Below, in pieces: positions 1 through 10,929 of a stretch of 50,407 nt of DNA. Below the pieces are notes generated by a model that made no database searches, was not told where the DNA came from, and worked only from the letters and a program-made list of their open reading frames with translations. The stretch's first letter is position 1; the number at the start of each line of letters is the position of its first letter. Origin of the DNA: an uncultured Anaerolineales bacterium (lineage in GTDB: Bacteria > Chloroflexota > Anaerolineae > B4-G1 > SLSP01); the NCBI GenBank assembly GCA_964530185.1, contig CAZHBB010000001.1, positions 32,239-82,645 of the forward strand, read 5' to 3'. The translations under genes were made by a program, and so were the position numbers.

Positions 1-117
1 CGTCATTTGCGTGCTCTGGTGAGCGGGGCGACGGAGGCTTGAGGTCGTGCCTGGGGTCGTTGTCTGTGGGCCGGCCGGCAGTTGACGGACGGGAGATTTA
101 GCGGGAGGTATCGTGGT

Positions 118-1116
118 ATGAAAGTCTTGTTTATCGGTGGCACGGGTATCATCAGTTCGGCCTGCGGTGAGTTGGCCGTTCAGCGCGGTATTGAACTTTA
201 CGTGCTCAATCGGGGGCACTCGTCAGCCCGGCCGGTGCCCGAGGGGGCTCATCACCTCGTGGCGGACATCCGGCGGCCTGAGACGGTGCTGCAGGTGTTG
301 GGGACGATGCGCTTCGATGCGGTCGTGGACTGGGTCGTCTACACCCCTGCGCAACTGGAGGTGGACCTGGAGCTCTTCCGGGGGCGGACCAGGCAGTACA
401 TTTTCATCAGTTCGGCGTCGGCTTACCATAAGCCGGTGTTGAGCCTGCCCATCACCGAGTCCACGCCCCTCCACAACCCATATTGGGAGTATTCTCGGAA
501 CAAGATCGCCTGTGAGGAGCGCTTGATGCGGGCTTACCGGGAGGAGCACTTCCCCGTGACCATCGTGCGGCCCTCCCACACTTACGATAAGATGACGTTG
601 CCCTTAAAGGCTCGCTATACTGTGGTGGATCGGATGCGGAAAGGGCTGCCCGTGGTCGTGCACGGCGACGGGACCACCCGCTGGGTGCTGACACACCATC
701 GGGATTTCGCAAAGGGATTCGTGGGTCTCCTGGGGAACCCCCTGGCGCTTGGTGAGGCTTACCATATCACATCTGATGAGAGCCTGACGTGGAACCAGAT
801 CTACCAGTCTGTGGCGCGGGCCGCAGGGGTGGACGAAGTGGATCTTGTCCACGTCCCCTCTGAGCTCATCCACGCCTACGCGCCCGACTGGGGGGCGGGT
901 CTTTTAGGTGACAAAGCCCATTCGGTGGCTTTTGATAATTCCAAGATCAAGCGACTGGTCCCCGATTTCGTGGCGACCATTCCATTTGCGCAGGGCGCCC
1001 GCGAGATCATGGCCTGGTTCGACGCCGATCCGGCCAGGCAGGTGGTTGCCCCTCAGTGGAACGCACTGTTTGACCGTATCATCACGGCATATCGTGGGGC
1101 TTTCCCAAAGCCCTGA
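118..1116 (+). CDS. NAD-dependent epimerase/dehydratase (extended SDR family)
   Basis: Rossmann motif VLFIGGTGIIS, ISSASAY and the YxxxK catalytic motif (YSRNK). Start moved to ATG 118 behind a GGAGG RBS. Confidence 0.85.
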   Translation: MKVLFIGGTGIISSACGELAVQRGIELYVLNRGHSSARPVPEGAHHLVADIRRPETVLQVLGTMRFDAVVDWVVYTPAQLEVDLELFRGRTRQYIFISSASAYHKPVLSLPITESTPLHNPYWEYSRNKIACEERLMRAYREEHFPVTIVRPSHTYDKMTLPLKARYTVVDRMRKGLPVVVHGDGTTRWVLTHHRDFAKGFVGLLGNPLALGEAYHITSDESLTWNQIYQSVARAAGVDEVDLVHVPSELIHAYAPDWGAGLLGDKAHSVAFDNSKIKRLVPDFVATIPFAQGAREIMAWFDADPARQVVAPQWNALFDRIITAYRGAFPKP

Positions 1117-1131
1117 GATTCAGATTTCAGT

Positions 1132-1172
1132 CCCCGCCGCTCTTGCCTGCCAATCTCGGTGGAGCGGCGGGG
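1132..1172. terminator. GC-rich hairpin between convergent genes (probable bidirectional terminator)
   Basis: CCCCGCCGCTC (1132-1142) is the perfect reverse complement of GAGCGGCGGGG (1162-1172). U-tract is weak. Confidence 0.55.
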
Positions 1173-1192
1173 TTGTCGTGCTGGTTATTGCT

Positions 1193-2266
1193 CTATGGGT
1201 AGAGTGATTCCAGCGGAACTCGAGTGAGCTGCAACGTGCTCAATCCGCTGCCTTTGCGAGTGTCACCCGCCGTATAGGCGAGCAGGACGTGGCGCTCGGT
1301 GAAGGCCATGGCTGTGTAACAGTACCATCCGTGAGGGTTCGTCTCCAGATGTCCCCACCTCCGCCAATGCTGTCCATCGTCCCGCGAGATCGCCAGGGTC
1401 AGCGGGGTGCGCAGGCCCCTCAGACCGGGGGGGATATCCGTGTGGTCGTTCCACACCAGGAGTAGGTCCCCAGTCGTGGGAATGCGCTTGATCGACGCCG
1501 GGGAGAGGGGCGACCGTATGGCGGAGGGCTTGGGTGGCGTCCACGATACGCCGCCGTCTTGAGAGTAGGCCAGGTATTGACAACCCGCATCGGTGCGGCC
1601 GAAGAGCATGAGCCGTCCGTCCCTCAATGGGACCACGCCGGGCTCCTGGAGCATGACGGGATGTCCTTTGTGTCGCGCTGGGGCAAGGGGCTCGCCTGCA
1701 TACCAGGTCTGCCCCTCATCGTCGGACAGGTAACACTGCAGGACTCCGTAAGGATCCAGCGGTTCTCCCGTCGGGGTGCGGTGATAGGCTACTGGTGCGA
1801 TCAGGCGGCCGCTATCCAGTTGTATGACCCGATCGTTGTTCATCACGTAGTAGCCCGCCCGCTCATCGGGGATGATGGGGATGGCTGGCCCCCAGGCGCC
1901 CGGCTCGTGCGGCGGGACGCGCTCGCGCAACAGGCGCATGTAAGGTCGGCAATCGCTCGTCGACTCCTTGCGCAGGTAGAAGAGGGCCGCCCGTCCGCTG
2001 GAGAGGCGCAGGAGTGAGACGGACATCACGTTCATCCCTGCTTCGTTGGACAGGATGACCACGTCGCTGTCCGTCCAGGTGGCACCTTCGTCGGCGGAGT
2101 AACGACCAGCGAGGTAGGCAGGGGCGTAGTCGCCGTCGCCCCCATAGAAGTGGGTGTAGACGAGCATCCACCGTCCATCGGCAAGTCTGAGAAAGTCTCC
2201 CTCACTGTTGCGGGGGTTGCCAGCCCCGGGGGGCAGCCGCAGGACGTGTTCTATCTCACCCTTCAT
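1193..2266 (-). CDS. BNR/Asp-box beta-propeller, sialidase-like (exo-alpha-sialidase family) protein
   Basis: Four Asp-boxes: SADEGATW, SDDEGQTW, SQDGGVSW, SRDDGQHW. Also QEP, RTPL and YCY motifs. No signal peptide. Confidence 0.8.
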   Translation of the reverse strand: MKGEIEHVLRLPPGAGNPRNSEGDFLRLADGRWMLVYTHFYGGDGDYAPAYLAGRYSADEGATWTDSDVVILSNEAGMNVMSVSLLRLSSGRAALFYLRKESTSDCRPYMRLLRERVPPHEPGAWGPAIPIIPDERAGYYVMNNDRVIQLDSGRLIAPVAYHRTPTGEPLDPYGVLQCYLSDDEGQTWYAGEPLAPARHKGHPVMLQEPGVVPLRDGRLMLFGRTDAGCQYLAYSQDGGVSWTPPKPSAIRSPLSPASIKRIPTTGDLLLVWNDHTDIPPGLRGLRTPLTLAISRDDGQHWRRWGHLETNPHGWYCYTAMAFTERHVLLAYTAGDTRKGSGLSTLQLTRVPLESLYP

Positions 2267-2300
2267 GATGCGCTCCCTGCTTCCCAGGAAAAGGCAAGTG

Positions 2301-3560
2301 TCACTTCAGCTCCAGTTCGATTACCGGTACGATGACATCGGGCTTAACCACCGGCAGGTTCAGGGTCAGACGCTCGCCCTCCTCAGTAAAGAGGATCTCA
2401 CTTCTGTCGTTCACCAACTGGGCGTAAGCTACCTTGCCTGCGAGGCCATCGAGGTGGAGATGTCGGAAGGGCCAGGCGAAGACGTGGACGTAGACTTTGT
2501 TGTCCTTCTGGGTGAGACGGCAGTCTTGAGGCTCCTTGAACTCACTCATGGTGCAGCCGTAGATCGCCTCACTGTGGAGGGCCATCCAGTCGCGGTACAC
2601 GCCCAGGGCGCGCAGTGCCCGTGGGTCGAGGGTGCCCCGGGCCGTGGGGCCCACGTTCATCAACAAATTGCCCCCGCGTGACACCGTGTTGACCAACATG
2701 CGAATCAACTGGCCGGGGCTCTTCCAGGTCATCTCGTCCCGATGGTACCCCCACGAGCCGCTGAAGGTCTGACATGTCTCCCACACGACGGGCTCTCCAT
2801 CAACGGTGACCCACTCTGTGGGCTGCCACTGCTCAGGTGTGTGGATGTCTGCCTTGTCCGAGGGTAGGTCGAGGCGGTCATTGAGGATGATGTTGGGGCG
2901 CAGCTCCCGGATCATCTCGTAGAGAGCCTCGCTCTGCCAATCCTCGCGCCCCTTGCCCGGAAGCCCTCTGTACTCCCGGTCGGGGTAGGAAAAATCGCAC
3001 CACAGGATGTCGATATCCCCGTAGTTGGTCAGAAGCTCGCGGATTTGATTCCGAATGTATGTCGCGTAACGGGTCATGTCGCGACCAGCGTTGAGTTCAG
3101 CCACGTTGGGTGCGTTGCGCAAGGGGTGGAAGACGTCGATGGGGAAGTCGGGGTGGTGCCAATCGATGAGGGAGTAATAGAAGCCGACCCGCAGGCCGGC
3201 GTCGCGGAAGGCCTCCACGAATGGCTTCAGGAGATCCCGACCATACGGGGTATTGGTCGCCTTGTAGTCCGTGTATGCACTGTCCCATAGGCAGAAACCC
3301 TCGTGGTGTTTGGCGGTGATCACCGCGTACTTCATGCCAGCATCGCGGGCCGCCGCCGCCCACTTTCGGGGGTCATAGTCCACCGGGTTGAAGCGCTCGA
3401 AGTACTTCCGGTAGACCTCGGGCGGGATCTCCTCGCGGGATTGGACCCACTCGTGGCGGGCGGGGAGTGCGTACAGCCCCCAGTGGATGAACATGCCAAA
3501 GCGATCTTTCACAAACCAGCTTGTGTCACCGACTGTGGGTTTAGGCGTTACCAGACTCAT
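2301..3560 (-). CDS. Alpha-L-fucosidase (GH29)
   Basis: WF...RFGMFIHWG, TAKHHEGFCLW, YYSLIDWHH, nucleophile region ILWCD and GNLLMNVGP. Confidence 0.92.
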   Translation of the reverse strand: MSLVTPKPTVGDTSWFVKDRFGMFIHWGLYALPARHEWVQSREEIPPEVYRKYFERFNPVDYDPRKWAAAARDAGMKYAVITAKHHEGFCLWDSAYTDYKATNTPYGRDLLKPFVEAFRDAGLRVGFYYSLIDWHHPDFPIDVFHPLRNAPNVAELNAGRDMTRYATYIRNQIRELLTNYGDIDILWCDFSYPDREYRGLPGKGREDWQSEALYEMIRELRPNIILNDRLDLPSDKADIHTPEQWQPTEWVTVDGEPVVWETCQTFSGSWGYHRDEMTWKSPGQLIRMLVNTVSRGGNLLMNVGPTARGTLDPRALRALGVYRDWMALHSEAIYGCTMSEFKEPQDCRLTQKDNKVYVHVFAWPFRHLHLDGLAGKVAYAQLVNDRSEILFTEEGERLTLNLPVVKPDVIVPVIELELK

Positions 3561-3660
3561 TCTGTGCCTCCTAAGAAATGATAGTGCTGAGCAACTGTCT
3601 TGATCCGACGAGTATCGCGCGCTGTAAACACAACAGGCGATGGGTGTCCCTCGAGGGGCT

Positions 3661-5157
3661 TTATACCTCCTCTTTCAGTTCCTGTGTCATCTGCTCGTGC
3701 GTGTAGGCTATGATAGAGCTGATGTGACCATCGTCACGGTGCGGCACATTGTCACCGGAGACCACTGGGGCATCCTCGTCCAGGTGGGCCTGCGATGGTG
3801 CCTCGAAGAGTGCCCAGGCGGCCAAGGCCTCCCGAAATTCATCTATCGTGCCCTGACAGGCCGGGTCGGCGATGCGATTGTTGATCTCCAGTGGATCGCG
3901 CTCCAGGTCATAGAAGCGCGACTGAGAGGGGTCTCGGCACAGGAGCAGCTTGTGTGCCTCGCTGCGGACCATGTAGGCCCGCCCGCGTCCGCTCTCTGCG
4001 AAGACGTATTGGCGCCCGGCAGAGGCATCGTGGAGATCCATGCCCTGCATCGCCTCGGGGACCTCACAACCGGCGGCGCGCAGCAGGGTGGGGGCAAGGT
4101 CCAAATTAGTGACCTGGGCTGTCACGACCTCGCCGGCCCGGGTTTGCGAGGGATACTTGATGATCAACGGGACCTTGATGAGTGGATCGTACATGTGGTT
4201 CCCCTTGAGGAGGAGATGGTGGAACCCCATGTACTCGCCATGATCGCTGGTGTAGACGATCAGGGTGTTGTCGTAGAGTCCTTTGCGACGCAGGAGGTCA
4301 ATCATGCGTCCCACGTGGTGGTCAATCTGGGAGATGGTGGCGTAGTAATGGGCCATGACGCGCCTGAGTGCCTGTTCGGTCAGCGCTGTGTGGGGGAAGT
4401 ATCCGGCGTGGTAGGCCAGATCCTCGGATTGAGGGGACTCCATCCAGCCTGGGAGCAGGGTCAGACGATCCGGGTCGTACATCGTGTCCCATGGCGCAGG
4501 TGGGTCAAAGGGATGATGGGGCTTGATAAAGCCCACCATGAGGAAGTTGCCTCCCTCGCCCCATGACTGGAGGGTCTCGATAGCCTGCTCCGCTATCCAG
4601 GTGGTGGAATGATGGGCTTCATCCAGGTTCGAGCGGAGCGCCCCGAAGGTCTCCCAGTAAACGGGGGGCGCAAGGCGGCGGAACTCCTGACGCTGGTCTA
4701 TAAGGTCGATGGCATCAATGACGCCTTCCTCGCGCAGCCAGCGATGGTAGTCGTCATCGAAGCGTCCCGGCCCATCCTGCTCAGCCAGGATCATCTCGTC
4801 GAACCCCACGTCCAGGTAGGTGGGGGTGAAATGCATCTTGCCCACGGCTTTGGTGCTGTAGCCATTGGCACGCAGCACTTTGGGGAAAGTAGGGATGCCA
4901 TTGGGCAGTGTGCTGTGATTGGTCCACCCCAGATGCTGATGGACGTATTGGCTGCTCAGCAGGGAGTAACGTGAGGGTGTACAGACCGGAAAGGGACAGA
5001 AGCTGGCCTCGTACAGAACGCCATCCTGGGCTAGAGCATCAATATTGGGTGTCTGAATGTCAGGATTCCCGTAAGCACCCAGACAGTCGAACCGGTGTTG
5101 ATCGGCGTGGATGAGCAGAATATTGGGTCGCGCGGTAGTCTCTGCTGTCTCACTCAT
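3661..5157 (-). CDS. Cys-type sulfatase family protein
   Basis: PNILLIHADQHR, CTPSR formylglycine motif, GKMH, KPHHP and YTSDHG. Confidence 0.9.
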   Translation of the reverse strand: MSETAETTARPNILLIHADQHRFDCLGAYGNPDIQTPNIDALAQDGVLYEASFCPFPVCTPSRYSLLSSQYVHQHLGWTNHSTLPNGIPTFPKVLRANGYSTKAVGKMHFTPTYLDVGFDEMILAEQDGPGRFDDDYHRWLREEGVIDAIDLIDQRQEFRRLAPPVYWETFGALRSNLDEAHHSTTWIAEQAIETLQSWGEGGNFLMVGFIKPHHPFDPPAPWDTMYDPDRLTLLPGWMESPQSEDLAYHAGYFPHTALTEQALRRVMAHYYATISQIDHHVGRMIDLLRRKGLYDNTLIVYTSDHGEYMGFHHLLLKGNHMYDPLIKVPLIIKYPSQTRAGEVVTAQVTNLDLAPTLLRAAGCEVPEAMQGMDLHDASAGRQYVFAESGRGRAYMVRSEAHKLLLCRDPSQSRFYDLERDPLEINNRIADPACQGTIDEFREALAAWALFEAPSQAHLDEDAPVVSGDNVPHRDDGHISSIIAYTHEQMTQELKEEV

Positions 5158-5175
5158 GTCTTCCCTCGGACCGTA

Positions 5176-6504
5176 TTATGAAGGTCTGTTCAGCTCCGTC
5201 TGCAACAGGGCATCCATCTCCACAGCGAGCCCTGGCAGCTCCGCAGCGAGATTGTGATCCTCCCACGGATCGTTCTCTAGGTCGAACAGGAGGCCAGGGC
5301 CGGCAATCTCCCGTACCCACTTGAAGCGGCCGTCGAAGATCAGATGCCAGCCCAGCCTGGGGGTTATGAGACCGGATATGACATAGGGCCTGTGTTGGGT
5401 GGTCATCCCAGCGAGGAGAGGTCGTAGGCTTCGGCTGTCCATGTCTGCGGGTATGGGGAGATCTGCATAATCCAGGAAGGTCGCGGCCAGGTCATGCAGG
5501 ACCACCGGGCCATTGAAGGACCGCTGGGGTTGTACGCCTGGCCCGGCTATGATCAGCGGAACGCCCACCGACGGCTGATAGTAGATGCTTTTACCCCAAA
5601 GATTGTGGTCGCCCAGCATCTCCCCGTGATCGCTACTGTAGACGATCAAGGTGCAGTCGAGCTCCCCGCGGGCCTCGATGGCGTCCAGATAGCGTCCCAA
5701 ATGGCGATCGATGTTCTCGATCATCGCCGCGTAGTTGCGTCGGATGCGGGTGTGGATCGCGGTATCGAACTGGTCATTGGCGTGGGGAGGCGGGAATGCC
5801 GTCCCCTGCCAACGTCTGGCCATGGCGTCGGTCACATCCGTGGGATCGTGAGGCCCGGCGAAGTTGACCTGGAGGAACCATGGTCGGTCCTTTGGGAAGC
5901 CCTTCAACAGCCGCAGGCCGTTTTCGGCAATCCAATTGTCGCAGTAGGCATCCTCGGGCAAGGGGGTGGGGTCAGTGAAAGATCGATCATGCCGTCGCTG
6001 CATGTCCTGTACGTGCAGTTCGGCGAGGCCTCGACTGTGGAGGAAGGCCATGTAGGGATCGTGCGGTGCGCCGTCCCAACTGTTGACAGCGTCCCACTTG
6101 CCGCGATTGTCGATCCCATCTGAGAATCCCCAGGCCTGCAGATAGGCCTTGCCATCCAGGCTATGCCGCTTTGACTTCTTGTGGAGGTCGAACTTGCCCA
6201 CGCCCACCACATGGTAGCCGGCCGTCCGTAGCATCTGATAGAAGGTGGGTTGGTCCAGGGGGTAGTCCTGGTCGTTGTTGACGACGCCACAACGCGGGTA
6301 GTCCTTGCCCGCGGCGAGGCTGGCGCGCGATGGCGCACACAGTGGTGAGGGGCAGATGGCGTTTGTGAACACAGTTCCCCTGCGCGCCAGCCGATCCAGA
6401 TTGGGCGTGCGCAGGGGAAGGGCGGTGTTTAGGCCGATGAAGTCCGGCCGATGTTGGTCCGGCAGGAACAAGAGGATATTTGGTCGCCTGTCGCTGTTGG
6501 ACAT
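5176..6504 (-). CDS. Cys-type sulfatase family protein (choline-sulfatase-like)
   Basis: PNILLFLPDQHR, CAPSR motif, GPHDP and YSSDHG...WGK. Confidence 0.88.
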   Translation of the reverse strand: MSNSDRRPNILLFLPDQHRPDFIGLNTALPLRTPNLDRLARRGTVFTNAICPSPLCAPSRASLAAGKDYPRCGVVNNDQDYPLDQPTFYQMLRTAGYHVVGVGKFDLHKKSKRHSLDGKAYLQAWGFSDGIDNRGKWDAVNSWDGAPHDPYMAFLHSRGLAELHVQDMQRRHDRSFTDPTPLPEDAYCDNWIAENGLRLLKGFPKDRPWFLQVNFAGPHDPTDVTDAMARRWQGTAFPPPHANDQFDTAIHTRIRRNYAAMIENIDRHLGRYLDAIEARGELDCTLIVYSSDHGEMLGDHNLWGKSIYYQPSVGVPLIIAGPGVQPQRSFNGPVVLHDLAATFLDYADLPIPADMDSRSLRPLLAGMTTQHRPYVISGLITPRLGWHLIFDGRFKWVREIAGPGLLFDLENDPWEDHNLAAELPGLAVEMDALLQTELNRPS

Positions 6505-6525
6505 GGATTAGGGCCTTTCGGAGGG

Positions 6526-7896
6526 TCAGCCCTCTGGCTGTGGAATGTCGGGTAATTCCGGCGCCTCGAAATAGAGCGGATCCTCCGCGGTGGGCATCGG
6601 GGGATAGTCAGGCATCCCAATGTCATGGACCAGGTCGTCGATGTAGACCATTTCCCCTGTGGCCATAGAGCGGTTCGCAGCCACCCCAGTGAGGATCGAA
6701 TAGGCGCCTGCACGCTGGTCTGCCGCGTGCATGTAAGGATCGTCAGGCCGTTCTTCGGCAAACAGGTCAGCCAAAATACGCGCGTCCCCACCGCCATGCC
6801 CGCCTTTCGAAGTCCAGACCTCGACGTCATAGGCGGGGCCGAAGTGGGGGATCACACGTGTGAAGGTGCCACGCTGGACCGTCTGCCCGGGGATGGTGCC
6901 ATCGGCGTTAATGTAGGAAGATTCCACGGTCCTATGTTCCAGGCGTCCTCGAGTCCCGTTTATCGCCACGATATGGCCCTCCCAGGGCATGAAGGCATTC
7001 AGGGAATAACTCATCTTGACGCCATTCCGATAGTTCACCAGGACGGTCATAGTGTCCTCAATGTCGATCTGATCACTGAAGACGCAGCGGTCGCGGAAGT
7101 AGCCGTCGTAGATCTCGTTGTCGAGGTAGAGGGTCTTGAGCCTTTCGCTGGCCCGCAGGTCCAGACGGAAGCGACATTGGGTCTCTGGACAGGTCAGACA
7201 GCGTTCAGTTCGTTGATGCAGGCCGAAACGGTCGGCGGTCTCGGGGGTGTAGAAACGGCGCTGTCCCTGTGCGAAGACTGATTCTGGGACGGTAGACAGC
7301 CACCAGTTGATCAGATCGAAGTGGTGCGTGGCCTTGTGGACCATCAGGCCACCGGAGTTGGCCTTGTTTCTGTGCCAGCGGCGGAAGTAATCCGCACCGT
7401 GGCGAATGTCCAGGAGCCAATGGAAGTCGATCGAGAGTACATCGCCGATCACGCCTGCCATGAGCAGGGCTTTGATCTGGGTCCGGGGAGGGGAATAGCG
7501 GTAGTTAAAGGTCACCCGGACTGTCTTCCCGGTAGCACGCTGGGTGTCGATGATCCGCTGACATTTGACCTCATCCGTCGTCATGGGCTTCTCTGTGATG
7601 ACGTCACAGCCCAACTGCATGGCGCGTACGATGTATTTGTCGTGGAAGCAGTCCTTGGTCGTGACGATGACCACATCGGGACGGGTCTCGGCAATCATCT
7701 GATCGAACTGGTGGGGCGGGTAGGCTTTGGGGTTGCTGCCCAACGCGCGCATCTGCTCCACTACCATGCGAAGTCGGCCCTCGTTGATGTCCGACAGAGC
7801 GACCATCTCCCAGGTCTCTGCATAAGTCTCGGCGATCGCGCGCCAGTACATCATGGCGCGCCCTCCCAGCCCGATCTGCGCGATTCTCTTTCTCAT
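6526..7896 (-). CDS. Gfo/Idh/MocA family oxidoreductase
   Basis: N-terminal IGLGGR, EKP motif (TEKPM), FNYRY and HKATHHFD. Confidence 0.88.
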   Translation of the reverse strand: MRKRIAQIGLGGRAMMYWRAIAETYAETWEMVALSDINEGRLRMVVEQMRALGSNPKAYPPHQFDQMIAETRPDVVIVTTKDCFHDKYIVRAMQLGCDVITEKPMTTDEVKCQRIIDTQRATGKTVRVTFNYRYSPPRTQIKALLMAGVIGDVLSIDFHWLLDIRHGADYFRRWHRNKANSGGLMVHKATHHFDLINWWLSTVPESVFAQGQRRFYTPETADRFGLHQRTERCLTCPETQCRFRLDLRASERLKTLYLDNEIYDGYFRDRCVFSDQIDIEDTMTVLVNYRNGVKMSYSLNAFMPWEGHIVAINGTRGRLEHRTVESSYINADGTIPGQTVQRGTFTRVIPHFGPAYDVEVWTSKGGHGGGDARILADLFAEERPDDPYMHAADQRAGAYSILTGVAANRSMATGEMVYIDDLVHDIGMPDYPPMPTAEDPLYFEAPELPDIPQPEG

Positions 7897-7982
7897 TCGT
7901 GCCTAGCCTCCGATACTGATTTTTTTTCTCGTGCCCCAGGGGTCCACGTGTCCCTGCCGTCGGGAGGATCCGCCGGGGGTGA

Positions 7983-9428
7983 TCACTTTCCACGCTGCGC
8001 CTGTTTGATCTCCCTGAGGCGTACATACTCTGGACGCTGTTGGTAGAACGTGTCCAGCGGGTAACACCCTGAGACCATGCCATGACGGGGCGCGGTGGTG
8101 CAGTCGCTGAATGTGCGGCAGATGCGGCGGCGGTCCAGCGGTCGCCCAGCCAGGATGTCGGCGACGATGTCGGGATAAGGCAGGACCATGCGTCCCAGGC
8201 CAACCACGTCAGCCTGACCGGTCCGCACGACATGCTGAGCGACGTGAGGTAGCCACTCTTGCAGGTACGAGTAAGCAGAGCCGACGAAGATCAACGCCGG
8301 CTGATGTCTTTTGAGTCGAGCGGTGATGTCGATCTGGCGGGCCACACCAACCAGGGGGTCCTCCGGAGGCTCGTAGCCGTCAGAAGGGGGGAAGAGCGCG
8401 GGGCGTTGGATGTGAGGGTTATAGTAGGGGCTGCCGGCTGTCACGCATACCAACTGGATGTCGAGCTCCGCCAGCACATCGAGGAAAGCAAGCGGCTCGG
8501 TGAGGTCGATGCCCAGACCGGTGCCGTCGCCACCGAAGGCGTAAGGGTACCGGTCGCCCTCGAAGGCCATGGGGCGTCCAATGCCGTCTGGCCCAGGCTC
8601 AAAGGGCAGGAAGTCGAACGCGCTGAAGCGAACCCCGATGTCCAGGTCCGGCACCTCCGTCCGGATCCCAGCCACAATCTCACGGAGGAAACGCATGCGA
8701 TTCTCGAGGCTCCCGCCGTAACGACCTGGCCGTGTGACGGCACTGAGGAACTCGTGCCCCAGGTATCCGTGGCAGTGCTTGATATCGACAAAGGCGAATC
8801 CGGCCTGGTAAGCCAGTCTGGCAGCCTCGACAAAGCGTTCGATCAGGCGGTCAATGGCCTCGTCGCTGAGAGGGGGAAGGGAGGGGTCGATACCAAACCT
8901 AGCGTCCAGGAGCGGGTGGTGGTACAGGATCTGCGGCTCCAGGCGTGTCTTCACGTGCGGGCGGGCAAAGCGACCGGAGTGGGTAAGCTGCAATCCCACC
9001 AGCAGATCATCCGTGTCCCCGAACTTCCGGCGGTGGGCCTCTACCAGAGCTTCGCGCAACCGGGCGAGGTCCCCCACTGTCCTCTCGTTGATCATCAACT
9101 GATTGGGGTTGGCCCGCCCGTCGCTCTGAACCGCGACGGCCTCTCCCCCCCAGATCAACTTGGCACCGCTCTCGCCAAAGCGCCGCCATCGCCGCTCGGT
9201 AAGCTGCGTCGGTCGGCCGTCTGCTGTGCCGTCCCACCCCTCCATGGGGAGGACACAGAAGCGGTTGCCGATCGTCCGTCCGCTCTTAAGATGGAGGGGT
9301 TGGGCCAATGGGCCCGACGGCCCTTGCTCGACTGTCTCATCGAAGCCAAGGGGGATGTCCAGTGTCTCGATATGCCGGGCGAATGCCTCGGGGGTTCTGA
9401 GGGATGCGATACGTGGGTAGGTTGCCAC
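7983..9428 (-). CDS. NADH:flavin oxidoreductase (old yellow enzyme-like TIM barrel)
   Basis: [35 protein letters not shown] and a C-terminal Cys cluster CRTFSDC...C. GTG start with GAGGAGG RBS. Confidence 0.82.
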   Translation of the reverse strand: MATYPRIASLRTPEAFARHIETLDIPLGFDETVEQGPSGPLAQPLHLKSGRTIGNRFCVLPMEGWDGTADGRPTQLTERRWRRFGESGAKLIWGGEAVAVQSDGRANPNQLMINERTVGDLARLREALVEAHRRKFGDTDDLLVGLQLTHSGRFARPHVKTRLEPQILYHHPLLDARFGIDPSLPPLSDEAIDRLIERFVEAARLAYQAGFAFVDIKHCHGYLGHEFLSAVTRPGRYGGSLENRMRFLREIVAGIRTEVPDLDIGVRFSAFDFLPFEPGPDGIGRPMAFEGDRYPYAFGGDGTGLGIDLTEPLAFLDVLAELDIQLVCVTAGSPYYNPHIQRPALFPPSDGYEPPEDPLVGVARQIDITARLKRHQPALIFVGSAYSYLQEWLPHVAQHVVRTGQADVVGLGRMVLPYPDIVADILAGRPLDRRRICRTFSDCTTAPRHGMVSGCYPLDTFYQQRPEYVRLREIKQAQRGK

Positions 9429-9445
9429 AGATGCCTCCTCGGCTG

Positions 9446-10621
9446 TCAGAGGGTCCTGAGAACGTCCTCGACAGTTTCAATCATCGACTGAAGCTCCTCG
9501 GGCGGGCGGGTGGGATCTGTGTACAGATATGCAGTCCGTGACAGGACGTCGAGCGTCTGGGGACACATGTCCGGGCTATACGTCACGGTCGATGGCGTCA
9601 GCTTGAAGGCATCCAGGGCTGGGTGATGCGCACCTTGTTGGGTCAGGATGGGCTCCCAATTTGCGTAGATGTGCCGTCCACTGTCAGCGGGGGTGTCTGC
9701 GCGCACGCCATGCTCTCGCACCTTCTGGGTAAAGTCCCGCATGCGCTCCTCGGAGTCAAACAGCAGTGCCACCGTGGTGCCGCAGTCACCCTCAACGTCG
9801 TGGATCGGGTTAAAGGTGAAGGGCCCTGTGCCCTCCAGGGCATGGATGATGGTGCGTTTCTCCCTCAACATAGCTTCCAGCATGTCGTCAAGGCGAGTGA
9901 GTTGCACCCGGAGGATCGCGCTCAGGATTTCGTTGATCCTGAAGTTCATGCCGGCGAAGAGAGGGGTTCGGAGCTGGTCGACGTGCTCGCGGAAAGTAAT
10001 GCCGCCATCGTGAAAGATCAGCGCTCTCTCGAAGATGTCCCTGTCGTCGGTGACAAGGGCGCCTCCCTCCCCACATGTGATAATCTTGAAGTGGTTGAAG
10101 GAAAAGGCCCCGGCATCGCCTATGGAGCCCAATCGCTGGCCTCCATAGGAACCGCCATCGGCCTGACAGGCATCCTCCAGCACGCGCAGGCCGTAATGGT
10201 GTGCTATGTCCATGATGGCATCCATGTTGGACGGCAATCCCACCATATGGACCGGAATGATGGCCTTGGTCCGTGGTGTGATCTTGCGGACGATGTCTTC
10301 AGGGTCAATGGTGAGCGAGGTGTCGACCTCGGCAATGATCGGTACGGCCCCTACCGCCAGCGGCGCGAGAGCGGTGGCGATGAAGGTGTAGCCAGGGACG
10401 ATTACCTCATCGCCGGGGCCGATGCCCATGCCCACCAGACCGCAGATCAGGGCGGCTGTGCCGCTGGTGACCGCGATCGTGTGTCTCACGCCGATCGTCT
10501 TTGACCATTCACGCTCGAACTGGTCCGTCTCGCCTCCCTCGCCGCCCCTGTAGCGGAAGAGCTGCCCCGACTCGATGACGCGGCGCACTGCCTCAACTTC
10601 TTCCTCTCCAATGATGTACAT
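9446..10621 (-). CDS. DegT/DnrJ/EryC1/StrS family PLP-dependent aminotransferase
   Basis: [28 protein letters not shown] and [14 protein letters not shown] (PLP Lys). Confidence 0.9.
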   Translation of the reverse strand: MYIIGEEEVEAVRRVIESGQLFRYRGGEGGETDQFEREWSKTIGVRHTIAVTSGTAALICGLVGMGIGPGDEVIVPGYTFIATALAPLAVGAVPIIAEVDTSLTIDPEDIVRKITPRTKAIIPVHMVGLPSNMDAIMDIAHHYGLRVLEDACQADGGSYGGQRLGSIGDAGAFSFNHFKIITCGEGGALVTDDRDIFERALIFHDGGITFREHVDQLRTPLFAGMNFRINEILSAILRVQLTRLDDMLEAMLREKRTIIHALEGTGPFTFNPIHDVEGDCGTTVALLFDSEERMRDFTQKVREHGVRADTPADSGRHIYANWEPILTQQGAHHPALDAFKLTPSTVTYSPDMCPQTLDVLSRTAYLYTDPTRPPEELQSMIETVEDVLRTL

Positions 10622-10668
10622 GCGTTCGCTGCCCCCCGATTCTCAGAATCATGCGCTCGATCGACGTC

Positions 10669-10696
10669 ATTGTAGTCAGACGCCTCATGGGGGCAA
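10669..10696 (-). promoter_or_regulatory. Putative sigma70 promoter of the leftward catabolic operon
   Basis: Minus-strand TTGCCC-16 nt-TACAAT about 48 nt upstream of the DegT start. Confidence 0.35.
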
Positions 10697-10929
10697 ATAG
10701 ACAGCAGTTTGCGGGCTGAGGGACCACTGTTGGGGTTCAGAGAGATGAACGGGGGCGTCAGGTGAAGTGGGCTGCACTCATGGGGTACTGGGGGACAGAA
10801 GTTCCCGCAATGTCCGGCCCGGTATAGTCATGGCACCGGGGAATTACGCAGTCATGCGGCTGGACGTCACGGGCGTTGTGATTAGACTTGGTTCGGTCAT
10901 AAAGCCGGATGTGTCCAGAGGAGGCTGGT

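Noticed and set aside
3640-10504. Long plus-strand ORFs (3640-4566, 8259-9491, 9623-10504 and others)
   Set aside because: Antisense shadows of well-supported minus-strand genes, with no recognisable motifs.
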